A DNA stretch of 63,965 nucleotides, filler included, from Licmophora abbreviata (Eukaryota): assembly GCA_900291995.1 (NCBI GenBank). It is 9 parts of 9 records of this genome, joined end to end, with 100 filler letters (N's around TTAATTAATTAA, not from the genome) between each part and the next. Parts side by side here need not be neighbours in the genome. Positions count along the whole stretch, not along the records: positions 43,595 to 59,166 come from OLMU01001386.1; positions 59,267 to 62,609 come from OLMU01001388.1; 7 more parts are not named here. The stretch is one strand, 5' to 3'. A program made the translations under genes and the position numbers. The notes under the pieces were generated by a model. It saw nothing but the letters and a program-made list of their open reading frames with translations, had not been told where the DNA came from and did not search any database. Below, piece after piece: positions 49,087 to 59,510 of the stretch. The first letter of the stretch is position 1, and every line of letters begins with the position of its first letter.

Positions 49087-50989
49087 TTAGCCGATGTTCC
49101 AGCTATCTTCCATGTCAGTTGCCGTCAACATTGCGTCGAGCTGTCCGACAATTCTCAAGAGTGACTTCTGCGTTCGGCACTCGTTGTGTACTTGGCTCTT
49201 CAGCTTTCCAAATAGCTCGTCAATCGTCTCTGACTGTCCCGCGACGCCTCCGTAGATGTCGCACAGTTTGTGGGCAACCCCGATTAAGAGCGATGAAAAC
49301 TGGGGTCTAGTAATGTAGCGCACAGTAAATGATAGAATCGGCTCCAATGTCTCTTCGTCGCGATTCGATAGCGCAACCGTAAGGCCACGGCGCTTGCCCA
49401 GGTCTTCTAGAACTGCAACCACCTGTTTGTCATTTTGCGTTAGCATCATCCGTTCATTGATATTGATCTCGTCAAAGCTGCAACAGCAAACTTACCGCTT
49501 GTGGCTGTCGCGTATCAAGCGCTTCATCCAACGCATCTCCGTACCGAAACTGCTTGAGCGCCATATCAAAGGATGCTAATTTGCGTTTGCGATCCGACGA
49601 CTCCAAAACAAAGTCACCACCCCTCGCTGACGCATTCATGCCTCTTGTAAAGTACGCATAGGTCCCCGCCCGTGGCTCTCGCGGGCGCTTTCGCTGCGAA
49701 ATGCTAGGCCCCCTTTGACGCACCAGCACTCTTCCGGTAGAAAAGCCAATTGCCAGTCGATCCATACTTTCATTAATGGAAAGGGACGTAATGGGATCCA
49801 CAAGCGGGATGCCGTGAATATGTTGTAATTGCCCAGTCGATGAGTTGAACGTATGTATGCGCACTAAGCCGTCTAGTCCTGCTGTCAAGACACGATAGGA
49901 CGCTTCATCTTCTTTGTTGGTTCCAATACTTATCCTTGTCATGCACAACAAACTCGTGATGGTCTTGCTGTGTTGTGTCTGCAACGTACAAGCACATGCT
50001 CCCGTCAGAGGATTCCACACCTTGATGATAGTCCCACCTACCGACAGCAACCAGTGGGGCTGCGTAGGATCTGCATGCGGCAACATCCTCAGTGCCTCAA
50101 CAGGGGCCCCATGTGTGAGCACGCCCAAACAGCGATCCTTCACATCAACACCATCAGTTGGTTCTAAATTCCAAACGCGAATTGTATGATCATAGCTTCC
50201 CGTCATACACAGGTCCTTCCAGTCACTCACTACATTGCTCGTCCGTGGCTGATACAAGACCACGCATCGAATGGAATCACCATGACCAGCAAAGGAAGTT
50301 TGTTGGTTGCCGCTGCTCGCTGCTGCCGCACCCTGCGACAAACTCCAGAGTCTCAAGACGGCATCGTCACCTGCACTCACAAGCTGCTTGCCATTACGCA
50401 ACCAAGCCACTGTCCGTACCGCCAAATTAGATGACGTATGAGAAGTAGCGTTTGCTCGGAACGTACACAGTATTGCTCTACTCGTAGCATCGCAGACACG
50501 GACGTCCCCATGATCGTTGCCGACCGCAATCAATCGACCATCGGAGCGAAACATGGCACACAGAGCGGGGTGTCCACCTGAATTGAGGTTGCGATCTGGC
50601 TGGAGTGATGACGGAGTAGTTGGCGTACTCGCACTGCCCTTTTGGGACTGGGAGAGTACTCGCGTCAGCCCGGCAGTATACAAGCAAACTCGGGGTCCAC
50701 TGACCACTGCCAAGGGCGCCGTTCGTCCAAAGGCGGGTGGGCCAAACGTGAGTTGTGAAACTATGGCATGCGAGGGTGGCTGAAGTAGAGCCGATCTAGC
50801 ATGGCTGTATTTGGACAGTGCACTTGAATAATTCCCGCTGCCCAAGCCAAAGGCTTGGTTCCAGTAGCGTGCTTCCGAGGGATCCGACGTGCTGGTGATG
50901 CCATCAGCACCGGTGAGGTTTAGTGTGATTGACGAGGCACTGGGCTTCTTGGTCGACAGATACGACGATGTTTTGAAGTCCCCAGACAT
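49087..50989 (-). CDS. UTP15: U3 snoRNP/SSU processome protein UTP15; join(50989..49496,49422..49087)
   Basis: WD40 repeats (FRSDGRL, GSYDHT, HGAPVE) plus C-terminal LKQFRYGDALD...VVAVLEDL...ALSNRDEETL. Confidence 0.88.
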
Positions 50990-51407
50990 GATATGAAGCC
51001 TGTTAACTCAATCAATGGATCAAGACTGTCAATAGAACGCCGTTTCGTGCTGCCATGGGCATTGCGAAAGAACAAAGGTTTCGAAATTGAGAAAGATGGG
51101 TGGGGTGGGCGGGAAAAAATTGAAGGGCGCAGGTGAGCTTGCGTCTGCCCGTCGTCTTATTTCAGGTTATGGGCGCAGTCATGCGTCTCACTCTTTGATG
51201 ATTTTGGATTCCCTATTCCGTACGTACGTCCGTCGCTCACAGGATACGAAGCGCAACGAAGCAAATCGACAGCACAAAAAGAGAGCCGCGACGACCACAT
51301 CGTCGGTGCTTGTTGTGTCTGCTCTGGAACGGCCATTCAGTCGTCTTCTCGCTCTGTCTGGATCTAGGTGCACTTGTTTGTTTCTATAGAATACGTCTGA
51401 ATCAAAA

Positions 51408-52564
51408 ATGACGGCCGCAGCCATGGAAACGGACGAGAAAACGTCTTCTACTTCCGCGCTTACGGGTGCGACCCCCAAAGACGTCGTGGATGTCACAGTG
51501 CACCCGCTCGTGCTGCTTAGTGCTGCCGATCATTACCATCGCGTGGCCCGAGGAACTCGCAAGCGTGTTGTGGGAGTCTTACTGGGTAGCGTGTCACGTG
51601 GAAGCGTCGATGCGACCAACTCGTTTGCCGTTCCCTTTGAAGAAGATTCCAAGAATCCGGTGCGTATTTCTGCTCATTTTGCGTAGCGTCAGTCGGTGAT
51701 ACTTCGTGGTCGACTTTAGGGCACTCTGGGGGATCCTTCTGTCATACCGTCTTCTCATGCTGCATTCTCACTCACTCACCGCACCAGGCTGTTTTCTATT
51801 TGGATCACAACTACTTGGAAAACATGATGGTCATGTTTCGCAAAGTCAATGCCAAGGAACGCGTGGTGGGCTTCTACAGCACCGGTCCGCAGATTCGACC
51901 CAACGATACAAGGATTTACGATATTGTCAGACGCTTTGTCCCTGCTCATGCCACTCCCCCAGTCTTTTGTATCATCGATATTCGTCCGGATCGTCCTTCC
52001 ATTCCAACGACTGCGTATCGCGTCGTGGAACAAGTGAACCCGACCAACAATACCATCTCGCTTACCTTTGCGCACGTCCCTTCCTTGATTGGAGCGCAAG
52101 AAGCAGAAGAAGTCGGAGTTGAACACTTACTCCGTGACATCAACGATCCCACCGTCTCGACTGTCGCATCCTTGATCAAGGCCAAACTCTCCGGCTTGGA
52201 TACTCTTGTGGAAAAGCTGGTCGAATGCAAGGACTACCTCGAGGCATGTGCAGCTGGTACCAAACCGCCGAATCCGGAAATTATCGCCAATCTCCAAACT
52301 ATCCTCAACCTCCTCCCAAACCTGAATACCGAATCACTCGTACGATCCATGCTTATCAAGACCAACGACATGCACATGGCTATCTATTTGAGTGCTCTCA
52401 TTCGCAGTGTCATTGCACTGCATGATCTTGTCAACAACAAGATTCGCTATGGTGAAGATGGGGAAATGAAAGAAGAAGAAAAGAAAGAAGACGAGAGTGG
52501 TAGTACTACGAAGAAAGATGAAACCAAGTCGGAGGGAGATAACAAGTCAGAAACGAAAAAATAG
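51408..52564 (+). CDS. RPN8: 26S proteasome lid subunit RPN8/PSMD7; join(51408..51659,51788..52564)
   Basis: [66 protein letters not shown]. Confidence 0.96.
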
Positions 52565-52703
52565 TAGCCAGCTAGAGGTATGCAGTCTGCTTTTGTCGAT
52601 CGTCGCTACTAGTTTACCTGGTACTGTTAGCTTTCTTAGTACGATTGATCAAGCAGGAATAATACATAGTAATTTTACTTTTCTGCATCTCTTGCGTAAT
52701 TAC

Positions 52704-54842
52704 CTACTCGAAAAAATCTGTCAAACGTGGCTTCTTATTGTTGGCATACTGCCGTTCGCTGGCTGCCCTGGATTCTTCTCGTACCGCTTCGCGCACCGCA
52801 GATGCGTTGAGGCAGCTATCAAGGTGACAATTTACTACAGAATTGTAGTCCAGCGAACAGGATTCGAAAGGGATCGGTTGCTGGCACATGGGACAGTTCT
52901 GTAGTTCCGGGGAAAAGTCGGTTTTGCCTGGGGCGTCGGCGGAGTGAGCTGCGGTGACAGTTCTATCATCCACCGGTATCAGACAACGCTTGTGAACCAC
53001 GACGGGGCTCAGTTTGCCGTCGATAGTGGCTGGAGAGCGGGCGGGTGGCGATCGCGTTGGCGTGGGAGATCTAGGTCGCGTCGAAGGTGCCTTGCCGTCA
53101 ATCTGTTTTTGGAGAAAGCGTTCGATATTCATCTTGCCCAGGTCGCTTTCGTCGTCGCCTTGAAAATTCGAACATCTGATGCCCAACAATCGCACTGAAA
53201 ACAGGCTACTTTTGGTGTTGACCGCATGCTGCTTTCGAAGCTCCACCAAGAGTTCTGTAGCGAGCGGAACAATATCTTCCGAAGATTGTAAGAAGACGCC
53301 TCGCTTTAGTGTTCGCGACTTGCTCAGGACATCAAAGGTGTGAAGCTTAACCTTGACCGTTAAGGTGTGCGCTCGAATGCCCTTGCGTACCATATCCGAT
53401 GATAAGAGTCGGCCAACGTCTTCGAGCCTAGACATGACGTCAGACCAGGGTCGGCCCGAGGCAAACGTCCGTTCGCGGCTAATGCCCTTTTGACCGCCAG
53501 ATGCAGAGGCTGCGAAATCGGATATGTTCGAAGACGAAGAGACCCCCAAAGAAGCTCGTAGGAGGAAGCGCGATGCCGCAGGTTGAAAGAGGAATCGAAC
53601 CAACGCGCGGTGTTCGTACAGCTCGCGAACTGTCTGGACTCCAAAGGCATGCAACTGTTTCTCCGTGACACGACCAACACCGGGGATCTTGCGTATCAAC
53701 AGCGGTTGTGCAAATTCCATTACACTCTCATGAGCCGGTCCAATAACCTTTTGTCCGTCTGGTTTGTTGAAGTCCGAAGCAATCTTAGCCAGCATAAAGT
53801 TCGGAGCCAGTCCAGCCGAACAAGTTAGTCCCCCTGTAGCATGTTGGACTTGAGCTCGCATCTGCGTCACAATCTTGCTAGCCGTATCGATTACAACATG
53901 TTGCGGAAACGAAGCCAGAACCACATCGAAATCTTGTTGCTGTGACACGGTCGCTTTTGCAAGAATGTCTTCGCCGTGCTCCTCATCGTGTCGACTGTCG
54001 GATATCACTTCTTCGCCGCAGGCTCCTTCAGTGTCACTTTGGTCGACCAGGCACAACAGAGAAGCCCGGATCTCTTCATGGGAATATCCTGGGTTTTGTA
54101 ATCTCCTTATCAGATATGGTCCGATATTGAGGTAGGCTTCGTCGAGACTGTAAGCTCGCAGTTGAGGATCGTACTCTGCCATGACACTTCGCACGACTTG
54201 CGACTTTTCCGTATAGAGCTGAAAGTTCGCTGGAATATGCACCAATTTCTGCTTCCCCCCACTCAGCTCTTCCACTAGCTTGTCGCCAATCCACCCGGCC
54301 ATGGCCGATCGTACACCGTATTGTCGTGCACAGTAGTTGCTGGTCAGAATCATGGAAGTGCCCACGACGGTCGGGACGTCACGTAGGTGCGGTCTAGATA
54401 GTAGCTCACAGTTGACGTAAAACATGTCGAGATCCACCACAACACAGGTGGAAAACAATGAGCGATTCGATAGCAACGTTGCGATTTCATCCTCGAGTTC
54501 TTGCTCCATCCTGGCTTTCCAGTGGACATCCTTCTGTTGCTGCTCCTCCAACCTGCGCCGTAGTTGCTTGATCTTACCGTCGACAGTTTGATCTCGTTTG
54601 CGCTGTTGCTGCATGTACGCCGAGTCACCGCTTTCTCGAAGTATAATGGAATCAATCTTTCTGCGATCTATGCCCTGCATGCCTGCCTTGTCACTGGCGG
54701 CAATGATGAGTGCGGTTGCGCTTGATGATGGAGTATGCTGGGGTGTATGATGGACTGTATCCATCCTGTCGCCATTCTCGCCCTCTGAGCTTTCTTCTTT
54801 CGTCTCCTGCCCTTCGGAAGGGTCTTTTGAACTACTGTTCAT
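52704..54842 (-). CDS. POLK: DNA polymerase kappa (DinB, Y family) with C-terminal UBZ finger
   Basis: KAGM N-clasp, VDLDMFY, NYCARQYGVRSAM, SLDEAYL, AKIASDFNKPDGQ, IPGVGRV, SRERTF, CPMC...HLDSC. Confidence 0.93.
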   Translation of the reverse strand: MNSSSKDPSEGQETKEESSEGENGDRMDTVHHTPQHTPSSSATALIIAASDKAGMQGIDRRKIDSIILRESGDSAYMQQQRKRDQTVDGKIKQLRRRLEEQQQKDVHWKARMEQELEDEIATLLSNRSLFSTCVVVDLDMFYVNCELLSRPHLRDVPTVVGTSMILTSNYCARQYGVRSAMAGWIGDKLVEELSGGKQKLVHIPANFQLYTEKSQVVRSVMAEYDPQLRAYSLDEAYLNIGPYLIRRLQNPGYSHEEIRASLLCLVDQSDTEGACGEEVISDSRHDEEHGEDILAKATVSQQQDFDVVLASFPQHVVIDTASKIVTQMRAQVQHATGGLTCSAGLAPNFMLAKIASDFNKPDGQKVIGPAHESVMEFAQPLLIRKIPGVGRVTEKQLHAFGVQTVRELYEHRALVRFLFQPAASRFLLRASLGVSSSSNISDFAASASGGQKGISRERTFASGRPWSDVMSRLEDVGRLLSSDMVRKGIRAHTLTVKVKLHTFDVLSKSRTLKRGVFLQSSEDIVPLATELLVELRKQHAVNTKSSLFSVRLLGIRCSNFQGDDESDLGKMNIERFLQKQIDGKAPSTRPRSPTPTRSPPARSPATIDGKLSPVVVHKRCLIPVDDRTVTAAHSADAPGKTDFSPELQNCPMCQQPIPFESCSLDYNSVVNCHLDSCLNASAVREAVREESRAASERQYANNKKPRLTDFFE

Positions 54843-55218
54843 GGTTTGAGGTCAACTATGAGCACTGAAACGTCGATGCGGCGAGGCGTCTCGCTCATGG
54901 TGAAGGTTGGTCGCAAGTTTGATGGGAGGCGCCGATTTATGGCGCGTGATTTTTTGCCAAGAGCCATCACAGCAGGGACGAGACAGACGCTGATGTTGAA
55001 TGTATGTTTGCCATCATGGCTTGCGACGAGAGATGAATGATGATCTCAAACCTCTATAGATCTGTGATGATGAATATCTTGGCGCTGACAGGGTGTCGGG
55101 GAACAAAAGCAGAGTGTAGAGTAGAAGTGTTAATATTCTTTTCATCATACATGTGCGGCTGAGCTATCCTATCTACAAAAAGGTTCGTCCGTGGCAGCAA
55201 CGCACACACCATCGCACT

Positions 55219-57348
55219 CTAGACCGTGACTTGATCCCCGGGTTGGCTTCGAAAGCTAGATCGTCGTGAGTCTGAGCTATGGATGGGACATCCATCGCAT
55301 AGACAGCCCGGACCGCAGTTGCACTCGCCTCCAGTCATCATAGCGCAGCTCTGAGCAATTCCATCGGTTGCCACCCTGGCAGCGGCGTTCGGGCTGGTTT
55401 GATTCTGGTTGTAGCTGTTGTTGATGTGAGCGCTGTGATCGACGTTAACATCAAAGTCTTCCATGTTCTCCCAGTCAATAGACAAGGCTGAAAGACCTGA
55501 CATAGCACGACCGAACGTCAAACCGTCCGACAGAAGCGACATCTGCCGCATGGCTCCCATTGAAATGATGGACGGATTTCTCATGGCACGATACATGGAC
55601 TCTCGCTGTCCCATGGGCGCATGGCCCTCTGGCGCGCCATTTTGGAACGCCTGGTTCGGGTCATCGAAGGGTATCGAGAGAGGCTGTAGGTGTTCGGCGC
55701 CAGCAGCGATGTGCGCTTCTGCAGGACCCTGGCTCTTGCAGTGATCTTCGCAGTTCTTGCAGCGGCAGTCGGGACCGCATGTGCAGCCCATGCCGTACTT
55801 CTTTCCGCAGCCAGCCATATATTCCGTGACTTGCTTCTCGCGAGATTCAAAAGCGTCAAAGATCCGCGTGTTCATTTGCGAGTGCCTGTGCAACGACAGC
55901 CAAATCAAAGAGTGAGCGACGCACCCGTGAACGACAGTGATTTCCGTTCTCGATACATCCACGTACCTAGAGCAGTCGTCACGAACGATCCCGTTGTCCG
56001 GACAAGTGCACGGAACTTCCCAATTAAAGACATCCTGAGCGTCCGTGGTGGCGACAACTTCGAAGGCCGTACTCAACGCGCCAAGATCCATGGTCGCCTT
56101 CTTGTCACCACCCGCATTAACAATACTCATCTCTTTCGTTCTTGCCGTGTATCCCACCATAGATAGGTTCCTGGCTGCCTCAAATGCAATACGTTTTGCG
56201 CTACTGCTCTGATCAATCTTAATCAAAATGCGATTCAACGCGCGATCCGCGGCCGCATCCAGCAGGCCGTGGATGGGCGACTTGTTTCCGTTGCATCCCT
56301 TCAACACTGTCTCAACAATCTTGACACAGTGGGCACAAGTAATGCCGTCGACTGACATGGCAATCTGGATATCACCGTTTTCACTGACAAACACGACAGG
56401 CGTCGTACTTGGATCACCGTACTCGCCTCCCGCAATTGCTGCTGCGGTCACGCCGACCCCGGACCGTCCCATGCCTCCACCGCGATACGCCAGCTGAGTG
56501 GCCCTGGAACTGACAGCGTTGACAACGTTTGGGAGATCAATCTTTCCAGGGATACACTTGCCCTTCATGTCGAAAATCGGCATTGCGTTCCCTGGGCCGG
56601 TGGCCTCCAGAAGTCCGGCATTCAGTCCACCATCGTCAGCCAACTGCTGTTGCTGGGCGGCATGTAAACGCTCCAAAGGAGACAATGCATCGCCTGTCCG
56701 TTCGGGATTCATGGAGGCAAAAGAAGATGACTGGTTGACGTTTGGAACCGCGCGAGCGGCAACAGGCGGCATGTAGTTACCGTCACGCCCGCGTTTCTTG
56801 CTGCGCTTGTTGCGGAACTTCTCGAGATCCCTCATCTTTGAGTGCAGCGAACGAGGCGGTTGCTCCTTGTCGTTCACAACGAGACAATGGGCAAGGTTGA
56901 AGAAGTGACGAGTGTAACCATCGACAACACCTCGCATTTTGTCGCCACCGAGGGCCACGACAGCCGATCCACTCTCGCCCTTGCGACGATGCTGCCACCA
57001 AGTTCGGAGCGTCGTGAGACCGAGCTGGATGGCATCGCTGTCGGCATCTGGACCCAACCAGGGACTGAGGATCGCTTGTACGTAGGGATGGGTAAGACCT
57101 GTACGAGGCAGAGGCTCGTATGGGTAGAGTTTCCGGTCCGGATTTCCGTCTTTCTTTGCATAGCGATCATCCTTCTTGGCCGCCTCCATGCGAAGGTCGT
57201 TCAAGATGGGATAATCGAGAGGATCCAGGTCACTCGGTTGCTTGTTTTCCATTTCTTCGGGGTCTAGTCCACCCAAATGCGACCAGGCGCGAAAGGCACC
57301 CTCAAAGATGGATGTACGGTGTTCGAATTCTCCTCGACGGCGTGACAT
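55219..57348 (-). CDS. HMA-domain protein with two CxCx3CxCx2Cx2H motifs (candidate copper sensor); join(57348..55967,55885..55219)
   Basis: MSVDGITCAHCVKIVE (HMA); CTCGPDCRCKNCEDH; CNCGPGCLCDGCPIH; basic KFRNKRSKKRGR; 81-nt in-frame GT-AG intron. Confidence 0.85.
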   Translation of the reverse strand: MSRRRGEFEHRTSIFEGAFRAWSHLGGLDPEEMENKQPSDLDPLDYPILNDLRMEAAKKDDRYAKKDGNPDRKLYPYEPLPRTGLTHPYVQAILSPWLGPDADSDAIQLGLTTLRTWWQHRRKGESGSAVVALGGDKMRGVVDGYTRHFFNLAHCLVVNDKEQPPRSLHSKMRDLEKFRNKRSKKRGRDGNYMPPVAARAVPNVNQSSSFASMNPERTGDALSPLERLHAAQQQQLADDGGLNAGLLEATGPGNAMPIFDMKGKCIPGKIDLPNVVNAVSSRATQLAYRGGGMGRSGVGVTAAAIAGGEYGDPSTTPVVFVSENGDIQIAMSVDGITCAHCVKIVETVLKGCNGNKSPIHGLLDAAADRALNRILIKIDQSSSAKRIAFEAARNLSMVGYTARTKEMSIVNAGGDKKATMDLGALSTAFEVVATTDAQDVFNWEVPCTCPDNGIVRDDCSRYVDVSRTEITVVHGCVAHSLIWLSLHRHSQMNTRIFDAFESREKQVTEYMAGCGKKYGMGCTCGPDCRCKNCEDHCKSQGPAEAHIAAGAEHLQPLSIPFDDPNQAFQNGAPEGHAPMGQRESMYRAMRNPSIISMGAMRQMSLLSDGLTFGRAMSGLSALSIDWENMEDFDVNVDHSAHINNSYNQNQTSPNAAARVATDGIAQSCAMMTGGECNCGPGCLCDGCPIHSSDSRRSSFRSQPGDQVTV

Positions 57349-57891
57349 GGTGGAATCGTGCGTAAGCTAGGTTGCTGCGTAGGAACAAACGTGAAGATTG
57401 TACGAGACACGGTGAGGCGAGGACTTCACTTGTTTCTTGAAGTTTCGACTTTGTTTCTCTTTCTAAAACACTCAATTGAGCTCAAGTGCGAAAAAGAGAA
57501 GAAATGTGGGCGTAATTTTATGACTAGGTCCGATACAAAAGAAGAGCAGGGTGCATGCAAGATCCACGTTGCCTGTGCAGGGTTTGCTGCAACTCGCAAC
57601 TCTCGCGGCTCCAAGGGACAAGCCAAATTTTTGACCAGGGGAAGCCAGTGATGCTGTGTGACGTCGTTTATATTAATAGAAATCCATCCTATCAGATCTT
57701 TGTTAAGCAGTTGAATGTGTCGTCTGTCCTACTTTCTATTAAATGGACATATTTGTTTAATGGAATGCTCATCCAAAGAGGGTCTGGTCTGGCTTGGCGA
57801 ACGATCTTCGCCGACATCGCCGAGTTTTGATGTCGTCGAAAAGGCGATGTGAAGGTCGGTGATAGACTAACCATATTCTGTCGCCGCGGTC

Positions 57892-59058
57892 ATGTTGAGG
57901 TCGAGTTTGAGAATAATCGCAACGCCACTCTCATCCTACAAACTTCTTACGACTCTACCTCTACGTATGTCTTCTTCTTCTTCGTCACTCGCAGCTCCTG
58001 CTTTGGTACATGGCGCAGCAGGCGTCACGACGGACGACCAAACGAACGCTGAGGACCGCCGTCGCCGGGGCGAGTTTGTGCGTGGAGTATCCACGGCCCG
58101 TCACTGGATATCATCGGAACCCAGCGCCCTGTATCCTCCGGAAGCCAATCGATACCATTTGTACGTAGCGTACAATTGTCCTTGGTGTCATCGAGTGTTG
58201 TTAGGATTGGCCGTGCTCGGCCTGCAGGACGTCATTTCCGTCGATGTGTGTTTTCCGAATCGAAGTAGCGATGATGAACCGCTGGGTCCGAATTTATGGA
58301 AGTTTGCACCGGATGGACAAGTTGGAGCAAATGGGAAGCACGTTCAACTCGATAGTTGTACGCCCGATACTGTAAACGGCAAAACATATGTGAAAGAGAT
58401 TTATGAGCTTGCAGGTGTGACGGATCAGAAGAGTGTACCTCTGCTATTTGACAAGCAAACCAAGACGGTCGTCAACAACGAAAGTGCCGAGATTCTTCGT
58501 ATGCTGGGTACCGAAATGAGACAGTTTGGTAGTCATTCCGATATCGAGTTGTATCCATCCAGTGTGGCAAGTGAAATTGATGAACTGAATGATTGGATCT
58601 ATAAGGACATCGCGAATGGCTCGTACAAGGCAGGATTCTCCTCTTCCCAACAAGTCTACGAAAAGGCATATCATACCTTCTTTGCGGCACTTGATCGTCT
58701 CAACGCACTTTTAGAAACTCGAACGTATCTTACTGGAGACAAGGTGACGGAAGCAGACTTACGACTGTTCCCTCCCATGTTTCGATTTGATCCAGTCTAT
58801 CATTCGAGATTCAAATTGAACCAGAGTTACCTTTGGAGCTATCGACACATTTGGCGATGGATGCAAGCCATGATGGCGTTGCCTGGGATGGAATCCGTGT
58901 CGAATGATGAGTATTTGCAGCACTGCAAACAAGGGTACTTTGGTCGAACTGGTAATGGAACAGTGCCGATTGGTCCAGCTGGATATCCTGACGTGTACAA
59001 GACGCAACACTGGTCACATGCAGCCGTATCCACTGACAAGTTGGACTATCCTGAGTAG
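57892..59058 (+). CDS. Glutathionyl-hydroquinone reductase (GST Xi/omega, ECM4/YqjG family)
   Basis: RGEFVR, RYHLYVAYNCPWCHR, SVPLLFD, VNNESAEI, YKAGF, TEADLRLF, RFDPVY; first ATG in frame at 57967. Confidence 0.92.
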   Translation: MLRSSLRIIATPLSSYKLLTTLPLRMSSSSSSLAAPALVHGAAGVTTDDQTNAEDRRRRGEFVRGVSTARHWISSEPSALYPPEANRYHLYVAYNCPWCHRVLLGLAVLGLQDVISVDVCFPNRSSDDEPLGPNLWKFAPDGQVGANGKHVQLDSCTPDTVNGKTYVKEIYELAGVTDQKSVPLLFDKQTKTVVNNESAEILRMLGTEMRQFGSHSDIELYPSSVASEIDELNDWIYKDIANGSYKAGFSSSQQVYEKAYHTFFAALDRLNALLETRTYLTGDKVTEADLRLFPPMFRFDPVYHSRFKLNQSYLWSYRHIWRWMQAMMALPGMESVSNDEYLQHCKQGYFGRTGNGTVPIGPAGYPDVYKTQHWSHAAVSTDKLDYPE

Positions 59059-59510
59059 TAGGGTAGCAAACTGATAGTTTCGTGTGTTCTTTTAGAAGAC
59101 GAGTGAGTGACTAGACTACTAAATGCACGTCGATGGTCGAAGCAACGATCTCATCACTATTTGCCANNNNNNNNNNNNNNNNNNNNNNNNNNNNNNNNNN
59201 NNNNNNNNNNTTAATTAATTAANNNNNNNNNNNNNNNNNNNNNNNNNNNNNNNNNNNNNNNNNNNNGCCCTAACGATAGCCAATGCCGTGGTGGGCGAAG
59301 AGGAAATGCCGACGTTGTTCGCCATGGTCAGATGAAGCAAAAAATGCTGCGATGCACAGAATCCTGCCACGACCTGGCATAAATATTCTATTTTGGTTGA
59401 TTCCAAGTGATATTTTCCGAAACTATCTGAATTGGCCAAATTAGCACCAAAGTCGCAGAAAAATGCTGTGGTCATTCTGTGGCGAGTGGCAACGCGTCGC
59501 AGCAGTGACC

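Noticed and set aside
16040..54842. DNA-repair cluster (Nudix, FTO, EndoIII-like, RAD51C, Pol kappa)
   Set aside because: Spread over ~39 kb among unrelated housekeeping genes; no sign of linkage.
57349..57891. Copper-response elements upstream of the HMA gene
   Set aside because: Only one GTAC core noticed and no Mac1-type TTTGCTC pair; expected by chance.
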